The notes below the pieces were generated by a model. It was given only the letters and a program-made list of their open reading frames with translations, searched no databases and was not told where the DNA came from. Below are positions 35,360 through 52,256 of a stretch of DNA of 64,000 nucleotides, piece by piece (the stretch's first letter is position 1; every line of letters starts with the position of its first letter). A program made the position numbers and the translations under genes. The DNA comes from Macrostomum lignano (Eukaryota), in assembly GCA_002269645.1 (NCBI GenBank), contig NIVC01002384.1:56523-120522 (forward strand), written 5' to 3'.

Positions 35360-36613
35360 TCACTTCTTAGCCGGTTTGGCCAGCAGAGCGGCCGGATAAT
35401 CGCCCGGCTGCAGGCCGCGCACAGCCAGCAGACGCTGAGCCCGATCTCGCAGGCTGCCGCCGCATTTCAATCCTCGCAGTCGCAGTTGATCTTTCAACGA
35501 ATCCAAGCCTAGGGCTTCGGCCGACTCCAGACTGTCTATGGCCGATAGGTCGATTAGTTCGACGACGGCTGGTGCCTTGGTATCGACGACGGCTGGTGTC
35601 TTGGTATCGACGACGGCTGGTGCCTTGGTATCGACCACGGCTGGTGCCTTGGTATCGACGACGGCTGGTGCCTTGGTATCGACCACGGCTGGTGCCTTGG
35701 TATCGACGACGGCTGGTGCCTTGGTATCGACGACGGCTGGTGCCTTGGTATCGACCACGGCTGGTGCCTTGGTATCGACGACGGCTGGTGTCTTGGTATC
35801 GACGACGGCTGGTGTCTTGGTATTGACGTTGTTCTCTGCAGATTGTGGCGGCGGCTGTTCCGTCTGGCTTCTGTTCGCTTTCGGCGCCTCCTCCGTTGCT
35901 GGCTTCGCATCATCGCCGTTTCTTGACTCGTCCGCCGCGCTGCCAGTCGAAGACGACGGCGAGTCGCGGTCGTCGGTGTCGCTGTCGCTGCTACTGCTGC
36001 TGGCGCCGCTGCTGCCCTCGGCTTCGAGTTCGGCTAAATCGGCGTCCAACCATTTCTTGGCCAGCTTCGGCGGCTTTGACGGGCCGGCAGGGGCCGACGT
36101 CGATGGCGCATCGGCGCTGGTCGACGCAACCGCCGGTCGTTTTTTCGGCGCCGTCAGAACTTCCTTGACCGCGGTGAAAACCGAATCTACTATGCGCTCC
36201 TTCTCAACCAGGTAGCTGCCGTCCTCCATCACGTGACCGGCTGGTCCGTCGGCTGAGGCCAGCAGCTGGCGTCGGCGCTGGCGCTTCTCCTCTCGGCGCT
36301 TCTGCCGTTCGGCGGCCCGGGCGCTGGCGCCGGAGGCCCATTCAGCCAGGCGCTTCTGATTATTCACGTCGCGCATACGCCTGCCGCTGAGGTCGCGGCA
36401 CATCTCCCTATTAGTGGTTTTATCAATCTGGGAGCCGATGGAGCGGAGCAGCGAGCCGAAGCCGCCTTTGCCGCCTGGGAGGCGCGGCCAGGCGCGCAGA
36501 GGCAAGCCGGAGGCGCGAGCGGCGGCCAGCTCCTCGGGCGAGTGCAAAATTTTTCCATTGCAGGTGTAGTAGCAGTTGGCGGAGTTTAGCAAATCATCGT
36601 TGGTGGTTGCCAT
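35360..36613 (-). CDS. SDE2: Replication stress response regulator / splicing factor SDE2, 417 aa
   Basis: UBL cleavage site RLPGG|[12 protein letters not shown]; SDE2 domain [19 protein letters not shown]; C-terminal SAP-like [29 protein letters not shown]. Uninterrupted single-exon ORF. Confidence 0.93.
   Translation of the reverse strand: MATTNDDLLNSANCYYTCNGKILHSPEELAAARASGLPLRAWPRLPGGKGGFGSLLRSIGSQIDKTTNREMCRDLSGRRMRDVNNQKRLAEWASGASARAAERQKRREEKRQRRRQLLASADGPAGHVMEDGSYLVEKERIVDSVFTAVKEVLTAPKKRPAVASTSADAPSTSAPAGPSKPPKLAKKWLDADLAELEAEGSSGASSSSSDSDTDDRDSPSSSTGSAADESRNGDDAKPATEEAPKANRSQTEQPPPQSAENNVNTKTPAVVDTKTPAVVDTKAPAVVDTKAPAVVDTKAPAVVDTKAPAVVDTKAPAVVDTKAPAVVDTKAPAVVDTKTPAVVDTKAPAVVELIDLSAIDSLESAEALGLDSLKDQLRLRGLKCGGSLRDRAQRLLAVRGLQPGDYPAALLAKPAKK
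35559..35822 (-). repeat. In-frame 24-bp coding tandem repeat, (K[T/A]PAVVDT)x11, inside SDE2
   Basis: 11 units just N-terminal to the SAP domain. Confidence 0.93.
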
Positions 36614-36771
36614 GGTTACTGGAGGTGAATTTGCATGAATTTTGTTTGTAATAAGTTGACGCTATGGTTGAATCTTTATAGGATAATCCATCTATTTAGT
36701 GTGACTACGCGGTCTACGTTCTGGTTACCTTATTTTGACTCTAGTGGATTGTTATATTGGTTGTGAGGGGG

Positions 36772-36960
36772 GGGGCGTAGCCCAGTGGTCAAGCGTGGCG
36801 CTCCGATGTGCCAGCGGCCCAGGCTCCAAGTGCAGTCGCATTAATTTGAGGCTAAATTGGAATCTCAGCTTGGCTCTGCTTGTGCAGTTAATGCCCTTGA
36901 GGGCCAACCCCCAAGGCACCAACCCCCAACCCTTTAAAGGATGCCCTACTTATACATCTA
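36772..36960 (+). mobile_element. Second tRNA-derived SINE family, longer copy
   Basis: GGGGCGTAGCCCAGTGGTCAAGCGTGGCGCTCCGATGTGCCAGCGGCCCAGGCTCCAAG: A box present, B box degenerate. A homologous 5' part recurs at 51248-51325. The 3' boundary is uncertain. Confidence 0.65.
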
Positions 36961-38105
36961 AACATGGTCCATTTAAATATGGAAACTAATTTAGATGCAA
37001 ACTCTCACATAAAATCTGCCAATGGTATCAAATCATAGTAAAAAATCATCAATTCTAAAAGGTTTTTTGTGTTATAAATACTTAACACCTCTTGTACAGC
37101 GATTTTTGCTTTTTATCACTAAGAGGCTAAGTTTTAATATAGCCTTAAGTAATTCTATAAATATGAAATAAATATAGATGTGACTGTAAATATTAATACT
37201 TAAACTTATTTCTGTCTATTCAAAAAACTCAGTATATACCCTTATCTACAATCCATAGTTATGATCATGATATAAGTACCACAAGTTTCTCAATTTTTTT
37301 TAATTAGCACCAAATATACCTGGCAAAATACACTAGTATAGGAAGTGTACTAGGTGCTTGCAGCTTTCTCTTATCTCTTAGGCTAAGAAATCTCTTAGCT
37401 TCTTGCTGATTGATTTTTACTAGAACATTAAAATGTACATAGCTAATGTACATAACATAAGGAAATGGCATGATTTAGCATGATGACTCTTTTACTTATC
37501 ACCCTTTTGTTAGCCATCTCAGTGCCACTATGTACATTTTAACATTGGTTTAACTTTAACATCAGTAAAAAAACAGATCAGCCAAAGTAATATATATGCT
37601 TATTCTAAAAAAGATATAAATTTTTATACAAATTTATAAAAATTAAAAACATTTCTTGATAAAGCTATTATCCTTAATGTATATACAACAAATTTTAAAA
37701 AATATTTAACTATATACTATAAACTTTATAATATATGAACCATAGAATACACCAGAATGCCCAATCAAGCTCCCTGCGAAAAATTTTTGAGGCAAAAACT
37801 ATTCACTAGCTATGCTACTTCTAAGGTGAAGTGATTTGTGAGTAGTGCTGGCTTTTTTCATCAACCCGAGTGTATTGAGATCGATTTTGCCATAGACAAT
37901 ATTTTTCGCTTGTCTTTCCGTCTATCTATCCCATCTATTTAATGCCCTGTGAATCTATTATAGTGCATAATAACTCCGCTTAGTTGCCTGCGTTCCTTAG
38001 ATTTATACCCCCTTTGGTCGCTCCAAATAAATCGATTTGGATAATAAATAAATCGCTTCAATTGTAAGTTTCCCGTGATCCTCAGTTTCACGCCTCTGTT
38101 GCGAC

Positions 38106-38788
38106 ATGCCAACAGTTTCATGTCAGCAGTGCGCATCATACGGCTGTAAATCCTATGCGTATAGAAATCAACCTGGAGTTTGTTTTCATAAGTTTCCAAT
38201 CAAGAGTCCTGAAAGGTATGTGACATCAGTATTATGATATCTTACGAGTAGTTATTGTAGTCGCTTTTGACAGGCAGCCATAATAACTGTTTCATGCAGA
38301 AATGCGAAGAATGGGCGCACCAACTCTACATAGTCGACCTGCTTGGCAAAGCCAACTGGCACAAGTGGGCATGTGCCATCGTGTGCAGCCTCCACTTCAC
38401 TGATGAAATGTACAGCTGCCCAAGACTTCGCCAAGAGCCGGGCACGCAACTACTGACTACGGCGTTTCCTGCTAGAAATCTGTACAAAGTGATTCCACCA
38501 GTCCTGCAATGAAAATCTCTGACTGTCCAAGGTGAACCTTTAGACATGTCTCCGAGAAAGGACACTCTGCCGATTACTGTGCCCTTACCCAAGCCTACCA
38601 GTCGAAGAGTTGCGACCATGCAGCAGCTAAGGCAAAAACTCAAGGCCGAGAGAAACACTTCAGCACCACTGAAATGCCAAAATGATACTCTAAAACGGCG
38701 ATGCGTCACTTCAAGTTTGACTGCAACAGCTGCAGTATTTTCATGTTGCTACAGCTGCAAATATATAATCGGGACCTTCTGTCCATAA
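38106..38788 (+). pseudogene. THAP zinc-finger (C2CH) gene with a coiled-coil tail, disrupted; probable DNA-transposon remnant
   Basis: Exon 38106-38215 MPTVSCQQCASYGCKS...GVCFHKFPIKSPER (GTATGT donor), 84-nt intron, exon from 38300 KCEEW...AIVCSLHFTDEMY...LLTTAFP. All THAP hallmarks are present (C-x4-C, FP, W, CxxHF, AVP-like). The junction needs +1 nt at an A run. An in-frame TGA at 38510-38512 precedes a continuing frame (QQLRQKLKAER). Confidence 0.75.
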
Positions 38789-39046
38789 AAATATTCCCCC
38801 TCGAATGGACGTACAAAAAGGTGACTCTTCTCAAATTTCAGTACTACTTATCTCTTCTTCACCTCAGGAGTAGTGTCTATGGTTTTATATTTCGGCTTTT
38901 GATTTGGAAGCTGATTGAGCATTCTGGTGTATTCTGTGATATGAATTTTTTAAATTATTTTTATTTAATTTAATTGTGATGTTTTTGTGCTTATACAAAC
39001 AGTAATAATATGGTTTAGCCTCTTCTAGGTCTAAAATAAGTGTATT

Positions 39047-39951
39047 GTATGCCAGCTATAGGTCAAAGGGCAACACTCAATAGATCAAAAAGCAACAGTC
39101 AAAAGGTCAATAGTCAAGAGGGCAAAAATCAAAGAGGTGACAATCAACACATGTTGGAATTATAAGTTCACAATATATTGGACTTGTATAATTTGTTAAT
39201 AGGCCTTTTAAAGCAATAGATAAATTTGTACTTAAGCATTATAGACATGGTAGACATGCCTATAAGTTCTAACATTATCTGTATCTATAAGTATTCCATT
39301 GTTAATATGCATTTGTTAAAATGTATAAGTTATTCATTTTAAGGAGATTGTTTTTATTAACTTTTTAACTTTATACAAACCTAAATAATAAATGATTAAG
39401 ACATGAGTATAAATTTTTGCCATTGCATTTTAGTCAATTTTTTATAATCATTCATCAAAATAATTTACACTGTTAGTTTGTTTAAAAAATTGTTTAATCA
39501 TCCAATAAATACACTGTGACTGTCTTCAACTTCAACTATACATATGCAACTGCTGGCTGACCTGGTTAATCTGGCCACTATAAATTATGGTAAAACAAGG
39601 GTAAGTTGCAAAAATGCACATCTAGAAGAATATAGATGTGGTACTAATTAGATGATAAGGCATTAAGCCTTAATAAGATAGTCATAGTTACTCTTGCTGT
39701 TTACTCAAAATTGTATTAATTTTTGTTTTAGGGTTTCTAAGTTGCAATACAAGCTAAGTCACTTTTTTTGTCAAAAAGTAAATTGCATGGCTAGTATAAA
39801 TCAAGAGAGATTGGAGATATATGCTTTCAACTATTGCCTTTTTGACTATTACCCTTTTGATTGTCATTCTTATTTCCTGGCTGTCACCCTTTTGATTTTT
39901 TGCCTTTTGATCAATTCCCTTTATATGCTATAGTAAATACATGCTGCATAC
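39047..39951. mobile_element. Old MITE/foldback-like element with degenerate long inverted termini
   Basis: GGGCAAAAATCAAAGAGGTGACA (~39120-39142) is mirrored by TGTCACCCTTTTGATTTTTTGCC (~39882-39904); GTATGCCAGC / GCTGCATAC at the ends. Confidence 0.5.
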
Positions 39952-40749
39952 CAAAAATTAGACAGGTATACTATATGTATTATGAACATCACTACCAATC
40001 AAAGATTTGTAGTACTAATGGTAGTACCAAAAAAGGTTTCTTTTAAATTGAGATACTCTTGTAATAACAAACAAAAAATTTACATGTAACTTAAAACTTT
40101 ACTAAAAAATAAAGCAAAACAAAGAAAAAATACTATATACATACAAAAACCAGCACATTACAGATCAATAAATATCTAAGGTAAGTTTTTATTAACTTTG
40201 CAAATGTAACTAACAATGTTAACATTATAGCTTAAATCAAATTCTAAATGTACTATTATTATCTTATAAATTATGAAAAACTGTTAAAACCATTAAAGTA
40301 ATATCAACAAGGCAATTGTTATTTGCAAAGTACCATGTAAATATTGCTAGTGTTATTTACATGGTGAGTAAGATAAATATCTTATAAATAGTTATCTTAT
40401 CAAGGTAATTATCTTATCAATTCACTACTCAATATTGGACCCTATATCTTTTCATTTCTTAATGAGTTTAAACTAACTAAAGGCATTAAATAGAGTTAAG
40501 GTATGTTTATATTTGTTTATAGCTTAGCTTTTTGATTAGCTTATACTATTGATAATGCAAAGTACAAAAGGTGTTTCAAAAAAATAAATAAAAATATGAC
40601 TCATTTGCCTTCAAAAGAATGGATTTGTAGGCAAATGTAACTGGACTATAGCTATCAGTACTATATAGTATATAAACTAGTATATATTTTCGTTACCATA
40701 TAAATAATGTTTAATTCTAGGCCTATTTACATGGGAATTCAAGTTGTTT

Positions 40750-42160
40750 TATCCCCAAATCATTTTGGCCATGGATGTGTTACCCCCAGACCATTTCACC
40801 CATGTCCACTTTGCCATAGTCCATTTTGCCCATAAACCAGTTTGGTAATGGGCTTTTTGGCCAAAATGATGATTATGTAATTTAGAGATACAGCTAGGCC
40901 TATATGTATATTTTTATTTTCTTTTTTCAATGCTGATTTTTAGTTTAAATGTGTAGGCCTAACGAAATAGGATTTAAATTGTTTCTACAACAATTGTGTT
41001 AGGCCTATTGCATTGTTGCAACTTTGTTTATTACGATTGTGAATTATTACAAGTTTTTTTAAGTCATTCCTTGCAAAAGTATAATAATTAAACTAGACTA
41101 CTTACAACTTTTTTACATAGTAGACATAAATCACTACTAGTTGCATCTAAAATAATCTACAGAATGCTAAGATCTAGTTTTGTGAAAACTTATAGAAGTC
41201 AGCTAGCTACTTTGTTAGTTTAAATTGTCTTCAAATCTATAGTCTATACTTTGCATGTACTATACAAGCTAAGTTTTACAAATATGTATATACATATATA
41301 TATCTGCAAGGCTGGTAAATGAATAATCAATAAATTAAACGGCATTGTACATTTTGGCCTAGAATAAATTGAATTGAATTGAAGTTACAATATACATGTA
41401 CAATTATTTCTCAGTCAGCCAGTGATACAATACACTATAAAAATGAATAGTATAAAAAATCTATCAACTTTTCTCTAAGTTTGGGCATTTGTTGCCACCT
41501 TGGTCCCATACTCTGGATCATGTAGTATATGCCTGAAAATTCGGGTATGCATTGGCCTTGCATGCCAAAATTAGGCGTGCACAATTGGATTGCATCACTC
41601 TTGAAAAGATAGTATGTGTGCATACCTGGCATGCACTTTATAGAATCACGTGTATGAGTTATTATGAAGTAGAAAAAAGATAAAAAGTTCATATTTAAGT
41701 GCAAATTTCAAGTTTTCCGGTTTTATCAAGCTTGTAAAAAGGCATTTAAACAAATTTTTGAGTATATAAATTTTCCACCATAAATAGTATTGCCAAAAAA
41801 GCATAAATAGCAACCAAATTATCTGGTAATAAGGGTCTATTACGCAATTAAAAAAACATTATTTTATTGTCACAATGTAAAAAAGGTCATTTATTGTTGC
41901 AACACCCACATATTTTTGAGAATGGGCATGCACTAGATTTTTTTGGCGTGCATTTGTAATTATTTAATTTTGTTTAGGCATGCACCTAGCATGATCTGGA
42001 CTATGGCCTTGGCTAGACTGGTCCAAATTGGAGGCAAAATGGTCCATGGCTAAAATAGGCCTAGTCTATAGGTAAAATGGTCTGTGGGCAAAATGGTCTG
42101 GTGGCAAAATGTCCATGGTTGACTGAAATGGTTTATAGACAAAACAACGGGTTAGGTCCT
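40750..42160. mobile_element. AT-rich degenerate foldback element with CCATTTTGCC / GGCAAAATGG subterminal repeats
   Basis: CCATTT(T/C)-type repeats at ~40760-40870 and inverted GGCAAAATGG repeats at ~42030-42120; exact ends and target-site duplication not resolved. Confidence 0.45.
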
Positions 42161-43744
42161 ACCTTTACACAGTACTATGCAAATAATGAGTGGCAACAAA
42201 GCAAAGTAAAAAACACATCATGGCCTAAATTATTAAAAAAGAGCTATAATCAATCATAATGCTATTCAGTAAAGTTAGTCTAACCTAGGCTAGGCTAAGG
42301 CCCTGCATTTTGTATAGCAATCAATACAATAGGCATAGGCCTAGTGCCTGTTGCTGTTTCATTGGATTGGCCCTACCTAGCAGCCTAGCCTTGTATGTAT
42401 GACTACACCGATAGTCGGTGACTACACCAATGATAAATAAGTATGACTTCACGATCACCGAAATACCGAAATGTTACCGAAATGGCTGTTATTGACGTGG
42501 TCATTTTTTGTTACCGAAGTGGCTGTTACCGAAATGGCTGTTACCGTTACCGAAGTGGACTGTTACCGACTAGCGACTACACGCACTATATACAGGCTTA
42601 TTTAACACAGGATAATTTGAATTTTATATTGCTTTGAGGGTATCAAAGGCATCTTGTACAAGATAGGGCCTATAACAGACTCGCACCTGTGACCTGTGCC
42701 GGCTATGTGAATCTGTTAAATTTGGTAGCCTGGTAGGGAGCAACGAGATTTCCAGATAAAATTGAACAGTCCTTCAAGCAATAAAAACAAAACGTTTTCT
42801 TAGAAAGTATTCAAACTCAAATGAAGTATTTATAAACAATTTTATTAAATTGCATTGATTAATAATTCAAGCTAGGATAGTTTATATCTAATTTCTAGTA
42901 AGTAAAAGCCTTACTAGCATAATACTTTTGATTTGTGTATCGTTATTGCCTAAAAATTTGTTTCAGCGATAACATACAAAAAAGAATTTTTACTTTTATT
43001 TAATCCACCTTGACTTGACTTAAGGACCCGATTTCAAGCGTAATAGACAAGTTAAATCGCCCTTTTCCCTGGTATAATTTTTTGAACTATTTTTTTACTA
43101 AATTTACTTACAAAAGAAAATTTAAGGCTTTAATTTATTAGAATGCAAGTTAATATTTATTTTTATTTGCTAAATTTGTATTATTGAATTAATAGTTATA
43201 ATGGCAGAAAACTATCTCTTAGTTTGTAATAGTAGTTCCTGATTAAGTTTCAATGATGTGCACTATAGTATAAATCTATATAATATTAAAAAGTATATTT
43301 TTTACTTAACCTAGCTGTTTTTGTATTGTGTTATAAGTGTTATACTTTTTGCTGAAATATTAAATAGGATTTTTATCTTTTATATCCTTCATTCAGTGGG
43401 TTTATTATCCTCTAGATTCTATGAGCATTGTTAAATGCACATGCACAATTTTTTTCTTTACAATGTACAATGTATATCCTAAATGTATTATATATACTTC
43501 AATGATAGGTGATAGCATGGATTCTAGTTTTTAAATATATGACATGTTAGAGCTTTTACTTTTTCATGCAGTTTTGCTTTGCATAAAAACCTATTAAATT
43601 TTATTTTCGTTTGATATTTGTATCACCAATTAATTACCATTAATTACCATTAATTATGCTATATTAGCAAAAAAACATTTAGCTATGTATCTACCAATAC
43701 ACAACTCTAGCATATTGAACATCTGAACCTACTGACCATGCTGA

Positions 43745-44095
43745 ATGAGCAAGAAGGGGCGGATTAGGCCAGCTTCGCCAGACAGCTTGACAGAGCAGGG
43801 CGAAGTGCTGCCAGACTTGCCTGAGGAAACTCAACAGGAAATCAGAGAGCGGTACAAGGACACGGCGCAGACCGTCTTTCAAGGTCTGTCAACCAGCGCC
43901 AAATACATCGGGCTATCAGCCTCGAAGAGCTACCTACAGCTGGGCAGTTCGTCACGCATCCAGCACTATTCAAGCTTTGGCAACCTGCCAGTGATCGCAT
44001 CGGCGGCCGCGGTTTCAAAGCTCAACAAACGGCGCCCCAGCGATCCAGAGTCCACTGCGCCAGCTGATAAATCCAAAGTTTGCGTCCTGATGTGA
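43745..44095 (+). CDS. Unassigned 116-aa ORF immediately upstream of RABEPK (possible extra 5' exon or upstream cistron)
   Basis: ATG-initiated GC-rich island in otherwise AT-rich DNA; possible donor at 44078 and acceptor at 44122. No recognised motif. Confidence 0.35.
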   Translation: MSKKGRIRPASPDSLTEQGEVLPDLPEETQQEIRERYKDTAQTVFQGLSTSAKYIGLSASKSYLQLGSSSRIQHYSSFGNLPVIASAAAVSKLNKRRPSDPESTAPADKSKVCVLM

Positions 44096-44142
44096 TTTGC
44101 CACTTTTTTATCTCCGTCTCAGATAGTCACAAGCTCATCGTC

Positions 44143-48986
<4,844 letters not shown>

Positions 48987-49079
48987 AGCCAGCCTGCATG
49001 GCTAGAACTCAACGTAGGGTGCATGTTTCAGTGTTAATTTTTAGTTAGGTCATATTCCCCGAAGCTTATATCTGATGCC

Positions 49080-50300
49080 TATTGGACACCCCATGAAGCC
49101 TATTGGACACCTCTGAAGCCTATTTGACACCCTTTGAGTCTATTTGACATACGTAGAGTCTAGTTGACACCCCATGAAGTCTATTTGACACCCCATGAAG
49201 CCTATTTGACACCCCATGAAGCCTATTTGACATCCCATGAAGCCTATTTGACACCCATGAAGCCTATTTGACACCCCATGAAGCCTATTTGACATCCCAT
49301 GAAGTCTATTTGACACCCCATGAAGTCTATTTGACACCCATGAAGCCTATTTGACACCCCATGAAGCCTATTTGACATCCCATGAAGCCTATTTGACACC
49401 CATGAAGCCTATTTGACATCCCATGAAGCCTATTTGACACCCATGAAGCCTATTTGACACCCTATGAAGCCTATTTGACATCCCATGAAGTCTATTTGAC
49501 ACCCCATGAAGCCTATTTGACACCCCATGAAGCCTATTTGACACCCCATGAAGCCTATTTGACATCCCATGAAGCCTATTTGACACCCATGAAGCCTATT
49601 TGACACCCCATGACGCCTATTTGACATCCCATGAAGCCTATTTGACACCCCATGAAGCCTATTTGACACCCCATGAAGCCTATTTGACACCCATGAAGCC
49701 TATTTGACATCCCCATGAAGCCTATTTGACAACCCATGAAGCCTATTTGACACCCATGAAGCCTATTTGACATCCCCATGAAGCCTATTTGACATCCCAT
49801 GAAGCCTATTTGACACCCATGAAGCCTATTTGACATCCCATGAAGCCTATTTGACACCCATGAAGCCTATTTGACACCCTATGAAGCCTATTTGACATCC
49901 CATGAAGTCTATTTGACACCCCATGAAGCCTATTTGACACCCCATGAAGCCTATTTGACACCCCATGAAGCCTATTTGACATCCCATGAAGCCTATTTGA
50001 CACCCATGAAGCCTATTTGACACCCCATGACGCCTATTTGACATCCCATGAAGCCTATTTGACACCCCATGAAGCCTATTTGACATCCCATGAAGCCTAT
50101 TTGACACCCCATGAAGCCTATTTGACACCCATGAAGCCTATTTGACATCCCCATGAAGCCTATTTGACACCCCATGAAGCCTATTTGACACCCATGAAGC
50201 CTATTTGACATCCCCATGAAGCCTATTTGACATCCCATGAAGCCTATTTGATACCCCATGAAGCCTATTTGACATCCCATGAAGCCTATTTGACACCCTA
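49080..50300. repeat. 21-22-bp minisatellite (CCCATGAAGCCTATTTGACAC)n
   Basis: About 55 copies starting ~100 bp after the RABEPK stop. Confidence 0.96.
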
Positions 50301-51247
50301 GCCCGTTTTGCTAGTCCTTCTGGCACCCAAATTAAATGTAACAATTAACTGTCTGACATAAATAGTCGAAGAGTCGAAGTACATAATGAACTTTTTTACT
50401 AAAGAGCTCTAAAATAGTGGCAGGATCTGTTAACTTCAATAGAAAGAGCGAGCAATCGAAGGAACTGCCCATCGTTAAATTGTATTTCTATTGGCAAGGT
50501 TTTGTAGGCCTCTACTTGTTTTGTTGCTTTAATAAGTATACTTTTCAACTTTGGTAACTATGAAAATAAAATGACTTTATTAGAAAAAGTTTTTCCCAAA
50601 CTTTATATTGACATGCGTTTTGCTTAAACTTGACTTAGCTTTTAGTTAATGAACTAATTATCTACACTGAGCCACACCGAAGCTGCTCAACCTTCATTTG
50701 GTTTAGCAATGTTTTTCCCAACAAAATTTTTCGCATGAAAAAACAGTAGCTACTCGAACTGCAACGAAAAACAGCAGCCATATATGGGAGTTATTTTCCC
50801 AAAATCCCATTCGGAAGCCAATATTCATTCTGAGTCACATGATTCTCAAAAAAATTCGCCTTTCCCTTGACATCTTGTTCGGCAGAGGCTTCTCACTCCA
50901 GGTGGAACTTCCTGCAGAATTTTCCATTCAATAGCCAGATGAAGTTGACTGTGCTAAATGCACGATGTACGTTTAGTTAATAATTAGCTCAGCTTTTAAA
51001 TATCGTAGAGTATTCGTTCTGGTGACTTGTCGCGGAGGTCAGGGGCAATGAGTGCTGCATGAGAATACCATTATTCCCACATCCTGCTGGGCTAAGCTCG
51101 GCAACTTCACACGAAAGGAGAGAGCAGACACGAGTACATTGCGTGATCTGAGTCAAGAAATCTCAGTCGGGGGACATTGTTGTCTGTAAGTTCTGGGTAG
51201 CAGAGTTCATTGTGAATTACTGCGAATTGCAATACTGTGCTTCAAGA

Positions 51248-51325
51248 GGGCCGTAGCCCAGTGGTCCAGCACGGCGCTCTGATGTACCAGCGGCCCAGGC
51301 TCGATTCCAAGGGCAGTCACATTAA
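51248..51325 (+). mobile_element. 5' part of a tRNA-derived SINE, interrupted by Helitron A
   Basis: GGGCCGTAGCCCAGTGG...GGCTCGATTCC (A and B boxes)...GCAGTCACATTAA, homologous to the 36772 copy (GCAGTCGCATTAA|TTTGAGG); similarity stops exactly where the Helitron begins. Confidence 0.75.
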
Positions 51326-52256
51326 TCCTATATACTAAAAATGAAATGCTTGGTTGCTTGCTTGTAATTGATTTTCTCCCGAACGGCTCAACCGATTTTC
51401 TTCAAACTTGCACCATTCGATCAGAAATTTTCCCGGGACGGTACATGCATATTGGCTAAGAAATTGCTCAATGTTAAAGGGATTAAATATTCGAAAAACA
51501 TGATTTTTTGCAAAGGTCAAGCAGCTCTTTCGACCTGAAATGCATTGTAAGAATGCTAGAGAAAAAACTGACTGACTGAATTCCGATTGTGATAAAGATT
51601 GCATCACAACAAGTTGAAAACAGTGCCGAACAAATGCACACAAAACTTGAATGAAATTGCGTAACCATATTGCCAACTTAAATTGAGACTGATTCTGGCT
51701 GACTGAGAAATTGATTATGTCATAATTTTTTACTCCAATTGACTTGCTGTAAGAATTGAATTATAAGGGCCACAATTCATGTTCTCCAATTGAATCTCTT
51801 TTTTAGAAACCCTCTATTTTTAGCCACGTTAGCCACACGCCGCACTGGCTTCCCAATTACAGTGTACATTTAAGATCTTTTTTGTGTCCTATTATTGAAG
51901 TGTGTCGAAAACAGATTGCATAACAAGTCGCACCACACTCGACTCTGACACCCCACACAGTGTACATAAAGAAAGAACGTAAAAGCTAAGGCAATCACCA
52001 GCCAATCCACAACAAGTAGCCCAGTGGGTGGATTAGAACAAAACTCTCTCTGATTGGTTAGCCAGATCTAAATTGATCTTTACATGGCACCCTCTATTGG
52101 CATGAGTCATCACAGTTAGGGTTGTCCGAAACGAAATGCTGCAATATAAACTGGCACAATTGGCCTTGATGCTAAAACTATCAAACCACAAACCGTAAAG
52201 ACCTTATCAGTGAAATTTTTATAATCCATATTTTTGGCAACTATCAATCGAGCAAT

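Noticed and set aside
38510-38512. Selenocysteine or readthrough reading of the in-frame TGA in the THAP gene
   Set aside because: No SECIS-like structure identified and THAP proteins are not selenoproteins; a nonsense mutation or base error is simpler.
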